A stretch of DNA of 64,000 bases from Eubacteriales bacterium (GTDB lineage Bacteria; Bacillota; Clostridia; Oscillospirales; CAG-382): NCBI GenBank assembly GCA_045644305.1, contig JAZRGS010000031.1, forward strand, positions 3,722 to 67,721, given 5' to 3'. Shown here piece after piece: positions 7,362 to 16,510 of this stretch. The notes under the pieces are model-generated. The model was not told where the DNA came from and made no database searches. It saw nothing but the letters and a program-made list of their open reading frames with translations. Both the position numbers and the translations under genes were made by a program. Positions within the stretch are counted from its first letter, which is position 1, and each line of letters starts with the position of its first letter.

Positions 7362-8897
7362 CTATTTCGCGTAATCGACCTGACGCATCTCACGAATAAC
7401 GTTTATCTTGATCTGACCGGGATATTCAAGCTCCTCTTCGATCTTGCGAGCGATATCCCTTGCGATAAACACCATTTCGTCGTCGTTCACCTCGTCGGGC
7501 TTGACCATAATGCGAACCTCGCGGCCTGCCTGAATAGCAAAAGACTTTTCAACGCCGGTGAAGGAGGTTGCGATTTCCTCAAGCTTCTGGAGACGCTTGA
7601 TATAGGTTTCGAGATTTTCACGTCTTGCACCGGGGCGTGCAGCAGAAAAAGCGTCTGCCGCCTGAACGATCATAGCGACAAGCGTGTTGGGCTCAACGTC
7701 GCCGTGGTGTGCCTCGATAGCGTGAACGATTTCGCGGCTTTCCTTGTACTTGCGCGCAAGATCGACACCGATCTGTACGTGCGAGCCGTCGATTTCGTGA
7801 GTCATTGCCTTACCGATGTCGTGAAGCAGACCCGCGCGCTTTGCCTGAGCAACGTCAACGCCGAGCTCGGAAGCGATCATGCCTGCGATGTGCGAAACCT
7901 CGATAGAGTGCTTAAGCACGTTCTGACCGTAGCTTGTACGGTATTTAAGACGACCGAGCAGCTTAACAAGCTCGGGATTGATGCCGTGAACACCGGTTTC
8001 GTAGGTAGCCTGCTCGCCTTCCTTCTTGATGACGGCTTCGACTTCCTTGCGGGACTTTTCGACGGTTTCTTCGATTCTCGAGGGGTGGATACGTCCGTCG
8101 GAGATGAGCTTTTCGAGCGTCATTCTCACAACCTCTCTGCGAACAGGGTCGAAGGTCGAAATAGCAATAGCTTCGGGGGTGTCGTCGATGATAAGGTCGA
8201 CGCCGGTGAGGGTTTCGATCGCGCGGATGTTTCTGCCCTCGCGGCCGATGATTCTGCCCTTCATTTCGTCGTTGGGAAGGTCGACGACCGATACGGTAGC
8301 TTCGGCAACACTGTCTGCCGCACAGCGCTGGATAGCGAGTGCGATTATGTTCTTGGCTTCTTCCTCTGCCTTGTCCTTGCATTCCTGCTCGACCTCAAGC
8401 AGCTTCATAGCCATTTCGTGTCTTGCTTCGCTTTCGACACGCTCCATAAGTACGGCGCGTGCGTCCTCCGCGGTCATGCCGGAGATCTTCTGAAGAAGCT
8501 CCTCCTGCTGTGCGACGATTTCTTCAGCCTTAAGCTTCAATGCGTCGTTTTCGCGGATCTTGTTGTTCAAAACCTCTTCCTTCTTTTCGAGGTTTTCATA
8601 CTTTTTGTCGAGATTTTCTTCCTTCTGCATCGCACGTCTTTCCATGCGCTGAAGGTCGTTTCTTCTCTCCTTCAATTCGCGCTCGGTTTCGTTCTTGATC
8701 TTGAGCGCTTCTTCCTTAGCTTCTACAAGCTTTTCCTTTTTTGCCGTTTCAGCGGCCTTTGCAGCATCTTCAAGGATTCTCTTCGCTTCTGCTTCCGCGC
8801 TGCCGATCTTCTTTTCGGCAATCGCCTTGCGGATGAGCATACCAACGATGAGACCTACGACGATACCACCGATGGCGGCGAGTACGTAGTACAACAA
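7362..8897 (-). CDS. rny: Ribonuclease Y
   Basis: N-terminal TM segment, coiled coil, KH domain ([12 protein letters not shown]) and HD domain (HDIGK...HH). Start reassigned to the TTG at 8897, 9 nt after AGGAGG (8907-8912), giving 511 aa. Confidence 0.9.
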   Translation of the reverse strand: MLYYVLAAIGGIVVGLIVGMLIRKAIAEKKIGSAEAEAKRILEDAAKAAETAKKEKLVEAKEEALKIKNETERELKERRNDLQRMERRAMQKEENLDKKYENLEKKEEVLNNKIRENDALKLKAEEIVAQQEELLQKISGMTAEDARAVLMERVESEARHEMAMKLLEVEQECKDKAEEEAKNIIALAIQRCAADSVAEATVSVVDLPNDEMKGRIIGREGRNIRAIETLTGVDLIIDDTPEAIAISTFDPVRREVVRMTLEKLISDGRIHPSRIEETVEKSRKEVEAVIKKEGEQATYETGVHGINPELVKLLGRLKYRTSYGQNVLKHSIEVSHIAGMIASELGVDVAQAKRAGLLHDIGKAMTHEIDGSHVQIGVDLARKYKESREIVHAIEAHHGDVEPNTLVAMIVQAADAFSAARPGARRENLETYIKRLQKLEEIATSFTGVEKSFAIQAGREVRIMVKPDEVNDDEMVFIARDIARKIEEELEYPGQIKINVIREMRQVDYAK

Positions 8898-9247
8898 AAT
8901 TTTGTGCCTCCTAAAATTTATTTTATCCCGAGGCGTCTCCCTTGCCCGACTGATAAGTTTTATATTTCGTTTTGAAAATATATCGTTATTTCGCCGTGCG
9001 GAGCTGATTTTTCGGCTTTGCGCGCGTTTCGCTCCGACTGACAAGGCATAGGCATCGGTATTCAAAGTAATTATACATATTTTTTCTTGTCTTGTAAACC
9101 CCCTACATATAAATATATGAAAATTTTTAACAATTATTTCGCGAAAAAAGAGCCTCTTTCGACAAAAGCGGCTTTGCGAGAGTTAAAATCGTTGACTATT
9201 TGCTTTAAAAGGGGTATAATGTAAAAAATATCGTAAAATGGTGAAGT

Positions 9248-10369
9248 ATGATATATTTCGACTCGGCGGCGACGACCGCTCCGTTTCAAACCGCGATCGA
9301 CGCGGCAAATAACGCCTTTTCCTGCTTCGGCAACCCATCCTCGCTTCATTCGGCGGGCATAAACGCGAAGAAAATGCTCGATCTTGCACGCAAAACCATC
9401 GCGAATTCGCTTTATTGCAAGCCCGACGAGGTTATTTTCACAAGCGGCGGAAGCGAAAGCAACAATCAGGCGATATTCGGACTTGCGAATCTTCGAATCC
9501 GCCGTTCAAAGCGCATCATCACGACCGACAGCGAGCACCCGTCGGTTTTGAATCCGCTTGCGCGACTTGAAGCCGAGGGCTTCGAAATTGTAAAAATACC
9601 GACCGTAAGCGGCAAGCTCGATATAGAATACCTCGAAAACGCGCTTAAGGACGGCGCGGCGTTCGTCACGGTGATGCTCGCGAATAACGAAACCGGCGCG
9701 AAATATGACCTTGCCGCGGTCAGACGCGCTATCGACCGAAGCGGATGCGGCGCGTTGCTCCATTGTGACGCGGTTCAGGGCTTTTTGAAGCTCAAAAATC
9801 CGCGTGAAATTTCGAAATATTGCGATCTTGCAAGCGTTTCGGCGCACAAGATCGGCGGATTAAAGGGTGTCGGCGCGCTTTATTGCAAGTCGGGCATCAA
9901 AATCCAGCCCTTTATCCACGGCGGCGGACAGGAAAAAAATCTGCGCTCGGGCACCGAAAACGTCGCGGGTATCTCGGCATTTGCCGCCGCCTGCGAGGAG
10001 TTCCCGAAGCATATTTCGCACATCTCGGCTTTGTACGACCGCGCGGTCGCGCTTTTGTCACAGCATCCCGAAATAATCAAGCTTAACCTACCCGAAAGCC
10101 ACATCGACAGCATCCTTTCCATCTCTGTCAAGGGCGTTCGCAGCGAGGTTTTGCTCAACGCGCTCGACCTTAAAGGGGTGTGCATCTCGGCAGGCAGTGC
10201 CTGCTCGGCAAGAAAGGGACCCAGCGGTGCGCTGACCGCTTTCGGGCTTTCCAAGGAGGAAATCGACGGCACCGTCCGCATCAGCTTCGGCGCATTCAAT
10301 ACGCAAGAAGAGGTCGACTCGCTCGTCGAAAGTATTCTCGACACGATAAACGCGCTATCGAGAAAATAA
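9248..10369 (+). CDS. Cysteine desulfurase (class V aminotransferase, NifS/IscS-like)
   Basis: PLP-lysine context SVSAHKIGG and catalytic Cys loop SAGSACS. It lies upstream of thiI. Confidence 0.85.
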   Translation: MIYFDSAATTAPFQTAIDAANNAFSCFGNPSSLHSAGINAKKMLDLARKTIANSLYCKPDEVIFTSGGSESNNQAIFGLANLRIRRSKRIITTDSEHPSVLNPLARLEAEGFEIVKIPTVSGKLDIEYLENALKDGAAFVTVMLANNETGAKYDLAAVRRAIDRSGCGALLHCDAVQGFLKLKNPREISKYCDLASVSAHKIGGLKGVGALYCKSGIKIQPFIHGGGQEKNLRSGTENVAGISAFAAACEEFPKHISHISALYDRAVALLSQHPEIIKLNLPESHIDSILSISVKGVRSEVLLNALDLKGVCISAGSACSARKGPSGALTAFGLSKEEIDGTVRISFGAFNTQEEVDSLVESILDTINALSRK

Positions 10370-10466
10370 TCTCGGGCAGATTTTGCAGGAAAATAATCAA
10401 ATCGATAAATTTAAAAAGTTTTGAAGGGCAGGGGAAACCCATAAAGCGGTTTCCGAAAACAAAAAC

Positions 10467-11633
10467 ATGGAAGTATTGCTTTTAAAATACGGTGAAATAG
10501 TTTTGAAGGGGCTCAATCGCGGCTACTTCAATACCATGCTCGAAAGCAGGGTAAAGCGCGCTTTGAAGAGCGTGCAGGGCGAATTTTATTACGATTACGC
10601 GCAATCGACGCTTTGCGTCTGGGGCTCGGACGACGCCGATATGGACACCGCCTACGAAAAGGTCAAAAAGGTGTTCGGTATCGCAACCGTCTGCCGCGGC
10701 ATAGCCTGCGAAAAGGACATGGACGAGATCAAGCAAAAGCTTGCGGAAAATATCGACGACCTGCTCGGAAACGCACGCACCTTTAAGTGCGACGCGAAGC
10801 GAAGCGATAAGAAATTTGCGTTGAAATCTCCCGAAATCTGCGCAATTTGCGGCGGAACCGTGCTTGAATCGCGCCCCGACATGAAGGTCGACGTCATAAA
10901 TCCCGATCAGGTCATCACTATCGAGATTCGCGACAGAAAGGCGTTCATCCACGGCAGAGGCGAAAAGGGCGCGGGCGGTGTTCCCGTTGGCTCGGGCGGC
11001 AGAGCGATGCTTATGCTTTCGGGCGGTATCGACAGCCCCGTTGCAGGCCACATGATCGCGCGCAGAGGTGCGGCGATCGACGCGGTTTACTTTGAAACTC
11101 CGCCTTACACGGGCGAAGCGGCGGCGATGAAGGTCCGCACGCTTGCCGAAAAATTAACCGAATATTGCGGCGAAATATATCTTCATTCGGTGTCCTTGAC
11201 CGAGGTTCAGGAAACCCTCGTTGCCAACTGCAAGGAAAAGCTTTTCACGCTTCTTTTGAGAAGATTTATGGTGCGCTGTGCCTGCAGAATTGCCGAAAAA
11301 TACGGCGCGGGCTGCCTTGTCACGGGCGAAAGCCTTAGTCAGGTTGCGAGCCAGACGATGCTGTCGCTCGGCGTGACCGACGCGGTCGCAACTCTTCCGA
11401 TTTTGCGTCCCTGCATCGGGCTTGATAAGGAGGAAATCGTTGTCCGCGCAAGGGAAATCGACACCTTCGAGACATCTATTCTTCCTTATGAGGACTGCTG
11501 TACCGTATTCACACCGAAGCACCCCGACACCCGCCCCGACATCGCCGAAATCTTGGAGGAAGAGGCGAAAATCGACGTCGAGGGACTTGTCGAGCGCGCT
11601 CTCGCAACCGACCATTTTGTAAGATTGGGGTAA
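10467..11633 (+). CDS. thiI: tRNA 4-thiouridine synthase ThiI
   Basis: THUMP-like N-terminus and PP-loop motif LSGGIDSPVA. Confidence 0.85.
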   Translation: MEVLLLKYGEIVLKGLNRGYFNTMLESRVKRALKSVQGEFYYDYAQSTLCVWGSDDADMDTAYEKVKKVFGIATVCRGIACEKDMDEIKQKLAENIDDLLGNARTFKCDAKRSDKKFALKSPEICAICGGTVLESRPDMKVDVINPDQVITIEIRDRKAFIHGRGEKGAGGVPVGSGGRAMLMLSGGIDSPVAGHMIARRGAAIDAVYFETPPYTGEAAAMKVRTLAEKLTEYCGEIYLHSVSLTEVQETLVANCKEKLFTLLLRRFMVRCACRIAEKYGAGCLVTGESLSQVASQTMLSLGVTDAVATLPILRPCIGLDKEEIVVRAREIDTFETSILPYEDCCTVFTPKHPDTRPDIAEILEEEAKIDVEGLVERALATDHFVRLG

Positions 11634-11637
11634 ACCG

Positions 11638-12141
11638 ATGAAGGCTTTGATAAACCGCCTTAAAAGGCAGGGAAAACAGATATCCTGCGCCGAGTCCTGT
11701 ACGGGTGGGCTCGTCGCGAAGATGATAACCGACGTTTCGGGCGCGAGCAGCGTTTTTCAGTGCGGAATCGTCACCTATTCGAACGAAATGAAGCAAAATC
11801 TGCTCGGCGTTTCGGAAAAAACCTTGTGCGAATTCGGCGCCGTTTCCGAGGAGATCGCGCGTGAAATGGCTTTGGGCGTTTTGGAAAAGTCGGGCTCGGA
11901 TATCGCGGTTTCGGTAACCGGACTTGCAGGCCCCGAGGGCGACGGCTCCGGCAAGCCTGTCGGCACGGTTTGCATCGGCATAGCGACGGCGGAAAAATGC
12001 TATGCGACCACCTTTGTTTTCGCAGGTAAGCGCAACGAAATAAGACGCCGCGCCGCAAAAATGGCGCTCAATATGGCATACGATGAGCTGGCTTTGCAAA
12101 AATCCGAAAAGCCGAAAAGAAAACGCAAAATCAAGGAATAA
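11638..12141 (+). CDS. CinA-family protein (PncC-like nicotinamide-nucleotide amidohydrolase domain)
   Basis: Contains SCAESCTGGLVA...IVTYSNE.K...LGV, the CinA C-terminal domain signature. Confidence 0.8.
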   Translation: MKALINRLKRQGKQISCAESCTGGLVAKMITDVSGASSVFQCGIVTYSNEMKQNLLGVSEKTLCEFGAVSEEIAREMALGVLEKSGSDIAVSVTGLAGPEGDGSGKPVGTVCIGIATAEKCYATTFVFAGKRNEIRRRAAKMALNMAYDELALQKSEKPKRKRKIKE

Positions 12142-12144
12142 TAT

Positions 12145-12175
12145 AAAAAAAGAGGGTAACCCCTCTTTTTGTTTT
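12145..12175. terminator. Bidirectional terminator
   Basis: Hairpin agaggg-taac-ccctct, flanked by A-runs and T-runs between convergent genes. Confidence 0.75.
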
Positions 12176-12187
12176 GCGCGAAAGACT

Positions 12188-12358
12188 TCAGTCGCGTTCA
12201 AGCCTATTTAAAATCTCTTGCCGTTTTGCCTTTAAAATCTCGTCGTCGATATCGACGTAAATACAGTTTTCGCAGCAACCGCATACATCGAGCGAAATTT
12301 CGTCAAGCTTGCAAATGCTTTTATCCCAATAAATGCAAAAAATGTTGTCGCAACGCAT
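12188..12358 (-). CDS. Small Cys-rich protein (56 aa), below the ORF-track length cut-off
   Basis: GGAGGGA lies 4 nt upstream of the ATG. Translation: MRCDNIFCIYWDKSICKLDEISLDVCGCCENCIYVDIDDEILKAKRQEILNRLERD (7 Cys). Divergent from an XRE gene. Confidence 0.5.
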   Translation of the reverse strand: MRCDNIFCIYWDKSICKLDEISLDVCGCCENCIYVDIDDEILKAKRQEILNRLERD

Positions 12359-12400
12359 ACGTCCCTCCCGTTTTTGTAATTATATCAAAAAATAGGGATA

Positions 12401-12466
12401 ATATCAAGTACTCGAAGTATAAAAACTTGTCGGCAACCTATACTGATATCAAGTAACCGAAGTATA
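12401..12466. promoter_or_regulatory. Pair of 21-bp direct repeats (candidate XRE operator)
   Basis: atatcaagtactcgaagtata (12401-12421) and atatcaagtaaccgaagtata (12446-12466) match at 19 of 21 positions. They lie in the divergent promoter region. Confidence 0.45.
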
Positions 12467-12476
12467 GGAGATTGCG

Positions 12477-12716
12477 ATGAAGTTAAATGAAGCGATTGCC
12501 GCGAGAATCCGCGAGCTGTGCAACGAAAAGGGGCTTTCACAGTACGGACTGTCGATGAAAAGCGGAGTTCCTCAGTCGACGCTCAGCACCATAACGAACT
12601 GTACCTTTCAAAGCATGAAGGTTCGCATTATATACGAAATCTGCGAAGGGCTCGAAATGAGCATCGCCGACTTTTTCGATTCGCCGCTTTTCGATAGAGA
12701 AAAAATTATCGATTAA
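12477..12716 (+). CDS. XRE-family helix-turn-helix regulator
   Basis: 79 aa with ...KGLSQYGLSMKSGVPQSTLSTI..., an HTH_3-like motif. Confidence 0.75.
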   Translation: MKLNEAIAARIRELCNEKGLSQYGLSMKSGVPQSTLSTITNCTFQSMKVRIIYEICEGLEMSIADFFDSPLFDREKIID

Positions 12717-12798
12717 AATTAAAAAGAAAAACAGACAGGTTAATCCTGTCTGTTCTGTTTTTTGTATAAAGGCTACGAAAAAGATTTTTTTGCGTCAA

Positions 12799-13587
12799 TT
12801 AATAAGGTTTCGAACTCAAACGGTTTTTATTAATTTTTCGTACTCCCATAATAACGATATGTACTATAATTTCTACCGCAAAAAAGATAATAATATTTAA
12901 AAACGGCATTACAAATGGTGCTATCAACTCAGGAATTGCGTAAAATGGATCTCGTACGACAAAAAACCAATTAAAAAAGTGAGAATATCCATCAGAAGTG
13001 CCGTTGTAGGCATAATTTCCGATCAATGCCCATATGGTCATAAATACGATTGCGCCTAAATCACGATAACACTTTTTGATATTATATTTATCGTATTCAA
13101 AGATCAATGTCAATAATCCGTAAACTGTCATTATGCTATGAAAAATGAGCGTTTGTATCACACGATAAGAAATCGGGTGCACCGCATGCCACATAACGCC
13201 TGCGGGATAAATGAGATAGACAAGATTGGAAATAAAGCCAAGCAATACAAATGAAAGCCTATACTTTTCAAGAAACCGATTATGATAGCTTAAAAAGCAC
13301 AACACACACATGGCGGTACAGACATGGAACGGTAATTTTTCAATGTCAATCTCACCGTATGCCAAAGGCATCAAAAAGAAATCCAATATGTATAAACCAA
13401 ATGCGATGTCAATAAAGATTTGAGCTGTTCTTTTTTTAAAATCATTGCCTTTGTTTTTGAGCAAAAGCAAAATAACGACTACTGCAACAATCGTCAGCAC
13501 GATGTAGAAAAAATGCCATACTCCAAATAGGGTGAAAATCTCGCCGCCTTTTTTATCAGACAAAAGGTTATTAAAAAAACGATACAT
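12799..13587 (-). CDS. Integral membrane protein (YwaF/TIGR02206-like)
   Basis: 262 aa with about 7 TM segments and an LPFHVC motif. The gene is visibly AT-rich compared with its flanks. Confidence 0.45.
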   Translation of the reverse strand: MYRFFNNLLSDKKGGEIFTLFGVWHFFYIVLTIVAVVVILLLLKNKGNDFKKRTAQIFIDIAFGLYILDFFLMPLAYGEIDIEKLPFHVCTAMCVLCFLSYHNRFLEKYRLSFVLLGFISNLVYLIYPAGVMWHAVHPISYRVIQTLIFHSIMTVYGLLTLIFEYDKYNIKKCYRDLGAIVFMTIWALIGNYAYNGTSDGYSHFFNWFFVVRDPFYAIPELIAPFVMPFLNIIIFFAVEIIVHIVIMGVRKINKNRLSSKPY

Positions 13588-13650
13588 GCCATCACCGCCT
13601 TTCTGGGATTATAGCATATTTTACAAAGCAATTCAAGAACTTTTCGCATT

Positions 13651-13846
13651 CTCACATCTCAATCACGCCGAAGGCGTGTATATCATCCGCAACTTGTTGC
13701 GGTATATCATCAACACGGAGTGTTGTATATCATCAAGCCGCTGGGAAATGCACGCTAAAGCGTGATGAGATACAAGGGCGGCAAGCCGCCCATGATGATA
13801 TACACCGCACGTTGTGCGGCGATGAGATGCCAAGCCTGCGGCTTGG
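13651..13846. repeat. Array of 7 short hairpins joined by a conserved 9-nt linker (three forward, three inverted)
   Basis: Hairpins lie at 13664-78, 13687-702, 13711-25, 13751-64, 13776-91, 13805-19 and 13830-46. The linker is TATATCATC x3, then its complement GATGAKATR x3. Confidence 0.85.
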
Positions 13847-13891
13847 ATAAAAAAAGAAGCAACTTTTGGTAGACAAAAGTTACTTCTTTTT

Positions 13892-13911
13892 TGGCAGCGG
13901 AATAGGGATTC
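13892..13911 (-). repeat. Duplicated 3' end of tRNA-Gln (att-like scar)
   Basis: tggcagcggaatagggattc is identical to 14080-14099 (24 nt identical if the preceding tttt is included). Confidence 0.85.
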
Positions 13912-14079
13912 TCCGCAGACTTCACGCCTACATACGGCGCTCCGCGCCTCTTTCGCCGCGCGTCTGCTCCCCTGTGGCACTGCAAACGTGTCCCCGACAC
14001 GTTTGCTCGGCTTCGCCGCCGTGCCCTTCGAATCCCTTCAGAACAAAACAAAAAACCACCGTGTGGTGGTTTTTTGTTT

Positions 14080-14154
14080 TGGCAGCGGAATAGGGATTCG
14101 AACCCCAACAAACAGAGTCAGAGTCTGTCGTGCTAACCGTTACACAATTCCGCT
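14080..14154 (-). tRNA. tRNA-Gln (CTG)
   Basis: Hand-folded cloverleaf: acceptor AGCGGAA/TTCCGCT, anticodon loop CTCTGAC, T-loop TTCGAAT, encoded CCA. A terminator hairpin lies at 14055-14075. Confidence 0.85.
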
Positions 14155-14301
14155 ATATTGGTTCTGCGCTCTTGCGCGTTGACTATTCTATCACTGTTTT
14201 TGACGATTGTCAAGTCTTTTTTGTTTTTTTTGAAATTTTAAGGAGCGAAAACCGCTGTCACTTCAAAGAAAGTGCGAATATACTGTCGAGGGTGATGAAT
14301 T

Positions 14302-15429
14302 ATGTATGAATTTGACACGCTTGCGGTGATCGGAGGGGGAGAGAGCGGGTACGAGGACGCGATTTCGCCTCCGATTTTTCAGACGTCGACCTTCGGAGGC
14401 GGCGAAAAATATTCCTACACGCGGCTTTCGAACCCGACGCGCGAAATTTTGGAGCGCGAATTGGCGACGTTAGAGGGCGGAAAATACGCATTCGCCTTCG
14501 CTTCGGGGCTTGCGGCGGTGAATTCGGTGTTTTCGCTGCTTTCAAGCGGCGACAGAGTGCTTATCTCGGACGACCTCTACGGCGGCAGCTACCGAATGGC
14601 GACGCGCATCTTTGAAAAGTACAAAATCGAGTTCGAATTTATCGACACGACAGATGCACAAAATGTGGAAAACTCCTTGAAAAACGGGGCAAAAATGGTT
14701 TTTATCGAATCGCCTACCAACCCGATGATGAAGATTTCGCCGATAGCCGAAATTGCCTCGCTTTGCAAAAAACATAACGCGATTTTCGTTGTCGACAACA
14801 CCTTTTTAACGCCTTATTTTCAAACCCCTCTCGCGCTTGGCGCCGATATCGTGCTTCATTCCGCCACAAAGTACCTTTCGGGGCATCACGACACCGTCGC
14901 GGGGGCGGTCGTTACAAGCGACGAAAAAATCGCCGAGGAATTGACGCTTTTGACCTCGACCTTGGGCAACGCGCTCTCGCCGTTTGATAGCTGGCTTGTG
15001 CTTCGCGGACTCCGCACGCTCCCGATGCGGATGGAAAAGCACCAAGAAAATGCCGCTTCGGTCGTCGAATTTTTAAATTGCCACGACGGGGTCGATTTTG
15101 TCGTTTATCCCGCAATTTCTTGCCGTTCGGGAGGCGCGCCGTGCTTGAATCAGTGCCGCGGCTTCGGCGGAGTTGTCAGCTTTGCGGTAAAAAGCGAAAA
15201 AAGCGTGAAAAGCCTGATAAAGGGCGGAAAAATCATAAAATTCGCCGAATCCTTGGGTGGGTTCCGAAGCCTGATAACCCACCCGATGACACAGACGCAC
15301 GCATCCGTCCCGAACGAAAAGCGGCTTCGGCTGGGCATAACCGACAAGCTCTTCAGACTGTCCTGCGGACTTGAAAATAAGCGCGATATTATTGCAGATT
15401 TGGAGGAAATGCTCTCTCGCGATTGTTGA
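14302..15429 (+). CDS. Cys/Met-metabolism PLP-dependent enzyme (cystathionine beta-lyase/gamma-synthase family)
   Basis: YTRLSNPT...SATKYLSGH (PLP lysine). Length is 375 aa. Confidence 0.8.
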   Translation: MYEFDTLAVIGGGESGYEDAISPPIFQTSTFGGGEKYSYTRLSNPTREILERELATLEGGKYAFAFASGLAAVNSVFSLLSSGDRVLISDDLYGGSYRMATRIFEKYKIEFEFIDTTDAQNVENSLKNGAKMVFIESPTNPMMKISPIAEIASLCKKHNAIFVVDNTFLTPYFQTPLALGADIVLHSATKYLSGHHDTVAGAVVTSDEKIAEELTLLTSTLGNALSPFDSWLVLRGLRTLPMRMEKHQENAASVVEFLNCHDGVDFVVYPAISCRSGGAPCLNQCRGFGGVVSFAVKSEKSVKSLIKGGKIIKFAESLGGFRSLITHPMTQTHASVPNEKRLRLGITDKLFRLSCGLENKRDIIADLEEMLSRDC

Positions 15430-15482
15430 CATTTTCGAATTATTGATTTATAATGAAGGAAACCAAAAAAAGGAGATTGACA

Positions 15483-16265
15483 ATGAAAAGATTTGCTGCA
15501 CTTTTAATCGCGCTTCTTATGCTTTGCCTTATGGTTCCCACCACCGCACTTGCAGAAGACGCAAAGCCCTTCTGGGTAACCCATTTTAACGACAGCACCG
15601 CCGAAGGTGCAGGCTCCATTTTCACCGAGCCCTATATCTACGGAGGCTGGTGGGTACACTATGCGTTCGCTCCCACCAACGTTGAAGGCGTTTATAAAAT
15701 CGTCGATACCGCCAACGGCCTTTCCGACGGTCTCGCAGTTCCGCTTGAAATTCCCGAAGGCGGCTTCGTTTGGGCGGGCAACTTCGGTAACGACTATATC
15801 AGTCTCGGCATGGGCGACACCGACTTCACCTCCCCCAGCTGCACCGACTGCATCAATGGCGTCGTTGCTGACTGGATGACCGGCACTCTCGTTAAGTTCG
15901 AAGGTCTTGACCTCGATTCTCTTACCGTTCCTACCACCACTCCCGACCTTAAGTGGTACGACGATGCATACGTTTGCACCGCAACCTACACCATTTACGC
16001 AGGCGACGCTGAAGTAGTTGTTCCCGGCGACGAATCGAGCGAGGAACCCACCGAATCGACCGAAGAATCGACCGAATCCACCGAATCAATCGAATCCTCT
16101 GCCGCTTCCACCGAATCGACCGAATCCGACGCTTCCTCTGCTGCTTCCTCCGAATCGAGCGAGGCTGAAGAGGGCGGACTTTCCACCGGCGCTCTTATCG
16201 CGATTATCGCAGCTGCAGTAGTCGTAATCGGCGTTGTAGTTGTCCTCGTCGCTAAGAAAAAGTAA
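15483..16265 (+). CDS. Secreted/anchored surface protein with an acidic Ser/Thr/Glu-rich stalk and C-terminal TM anchor
   Basis: GGAG lies 7 nt before the ATG at 15483. It has a signal peptide (MKRFAALLIALLMLCLMVPTTALA), an (E/S/T)-rich tract and a hydrophobic C-terminus ending in KKK. Confidence 0.6.
   Translation: MKRFAALLIALLMLCLMVPTTALAEDAKPFWVTHFNDSTAEGAGSIFTEPYIYGGWWVHYAFAPTNVEGVYKIVDTANGLSDGLAVPLEIPEGGFVWAGNFGNDYISLGMGDTDFTSPSCTDCINGVVADWMTGTLVKFEGLDLDSLTVPTTTPDLKWYDDAYVCTATYTIYAGDAEVVVPGDESSEEPTESTEESTESTESIESSAASTESTESDASSAASSESSEAEEGGLSTGALIAIIAAAVVVIGVVVVLVAKKK
16029..16172 (+). repeat. In-frame short tandem repeats (accgaatcg-type) encoding ESTESTES...
   Basis: Repeated gaatcgacc/gaatccacc units are visible and translate to EESTESTESIESSAASTESTESDASS. 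Confidence 0.7.
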
Positions 16266-16471
16266 ACATATCTTAAAGTAAAAGCCCTTCGTGTTGGGCG
16301 ATGCGCCACAGTGAGAAAACGGTTTTGTCCTACCGCTTCACCCCGCAACATAGTCAAAAAGCCTTGAAATACGGACGTATTCCTTCGTTTTTTGCCGTCG
16401 TTGCAAGCCAAATCGGATACGGTCAAAACTGCGTATCACCTTAAAACTTGATAGGATATCACAAGACAAAG

Positions 16472-16510
16472 AAAAAACTGCGATATACGAGCGTATATCG
16501 CAGTTTTTTG
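16472..16510. terminator. Bidirectional terminator (a near-copy lies at 35238-35279)
   Basis: aaaaaactgcgatatac-gagc-gtatatcgcagtttttt. Confidence 0.75.

Noticed and set aside
13651-13846. Possibility that the hairpin arrays (13651-13846 and the 2.6-7.2 kb hairpins) are CRISPR arrays.
   Set aside because: The conserved part is only 9-17 nt and the variable part is a self-complementary stem rather than a unique spacer. Unit length is ~24-30 nt, orientation flips within the array, and no cas genes or leader are present.
14155-14301. SAM or T-box riboswitch upstream of the Cys/Met PLP enzyme gene.
   Set aside because: The leader is only ~140 nt and I could not find SAM-I core motifs or a T-box (AGAGA/specifier/T-box sequence). 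Only a TTGAC-N4-GTCAA palindrome is present.
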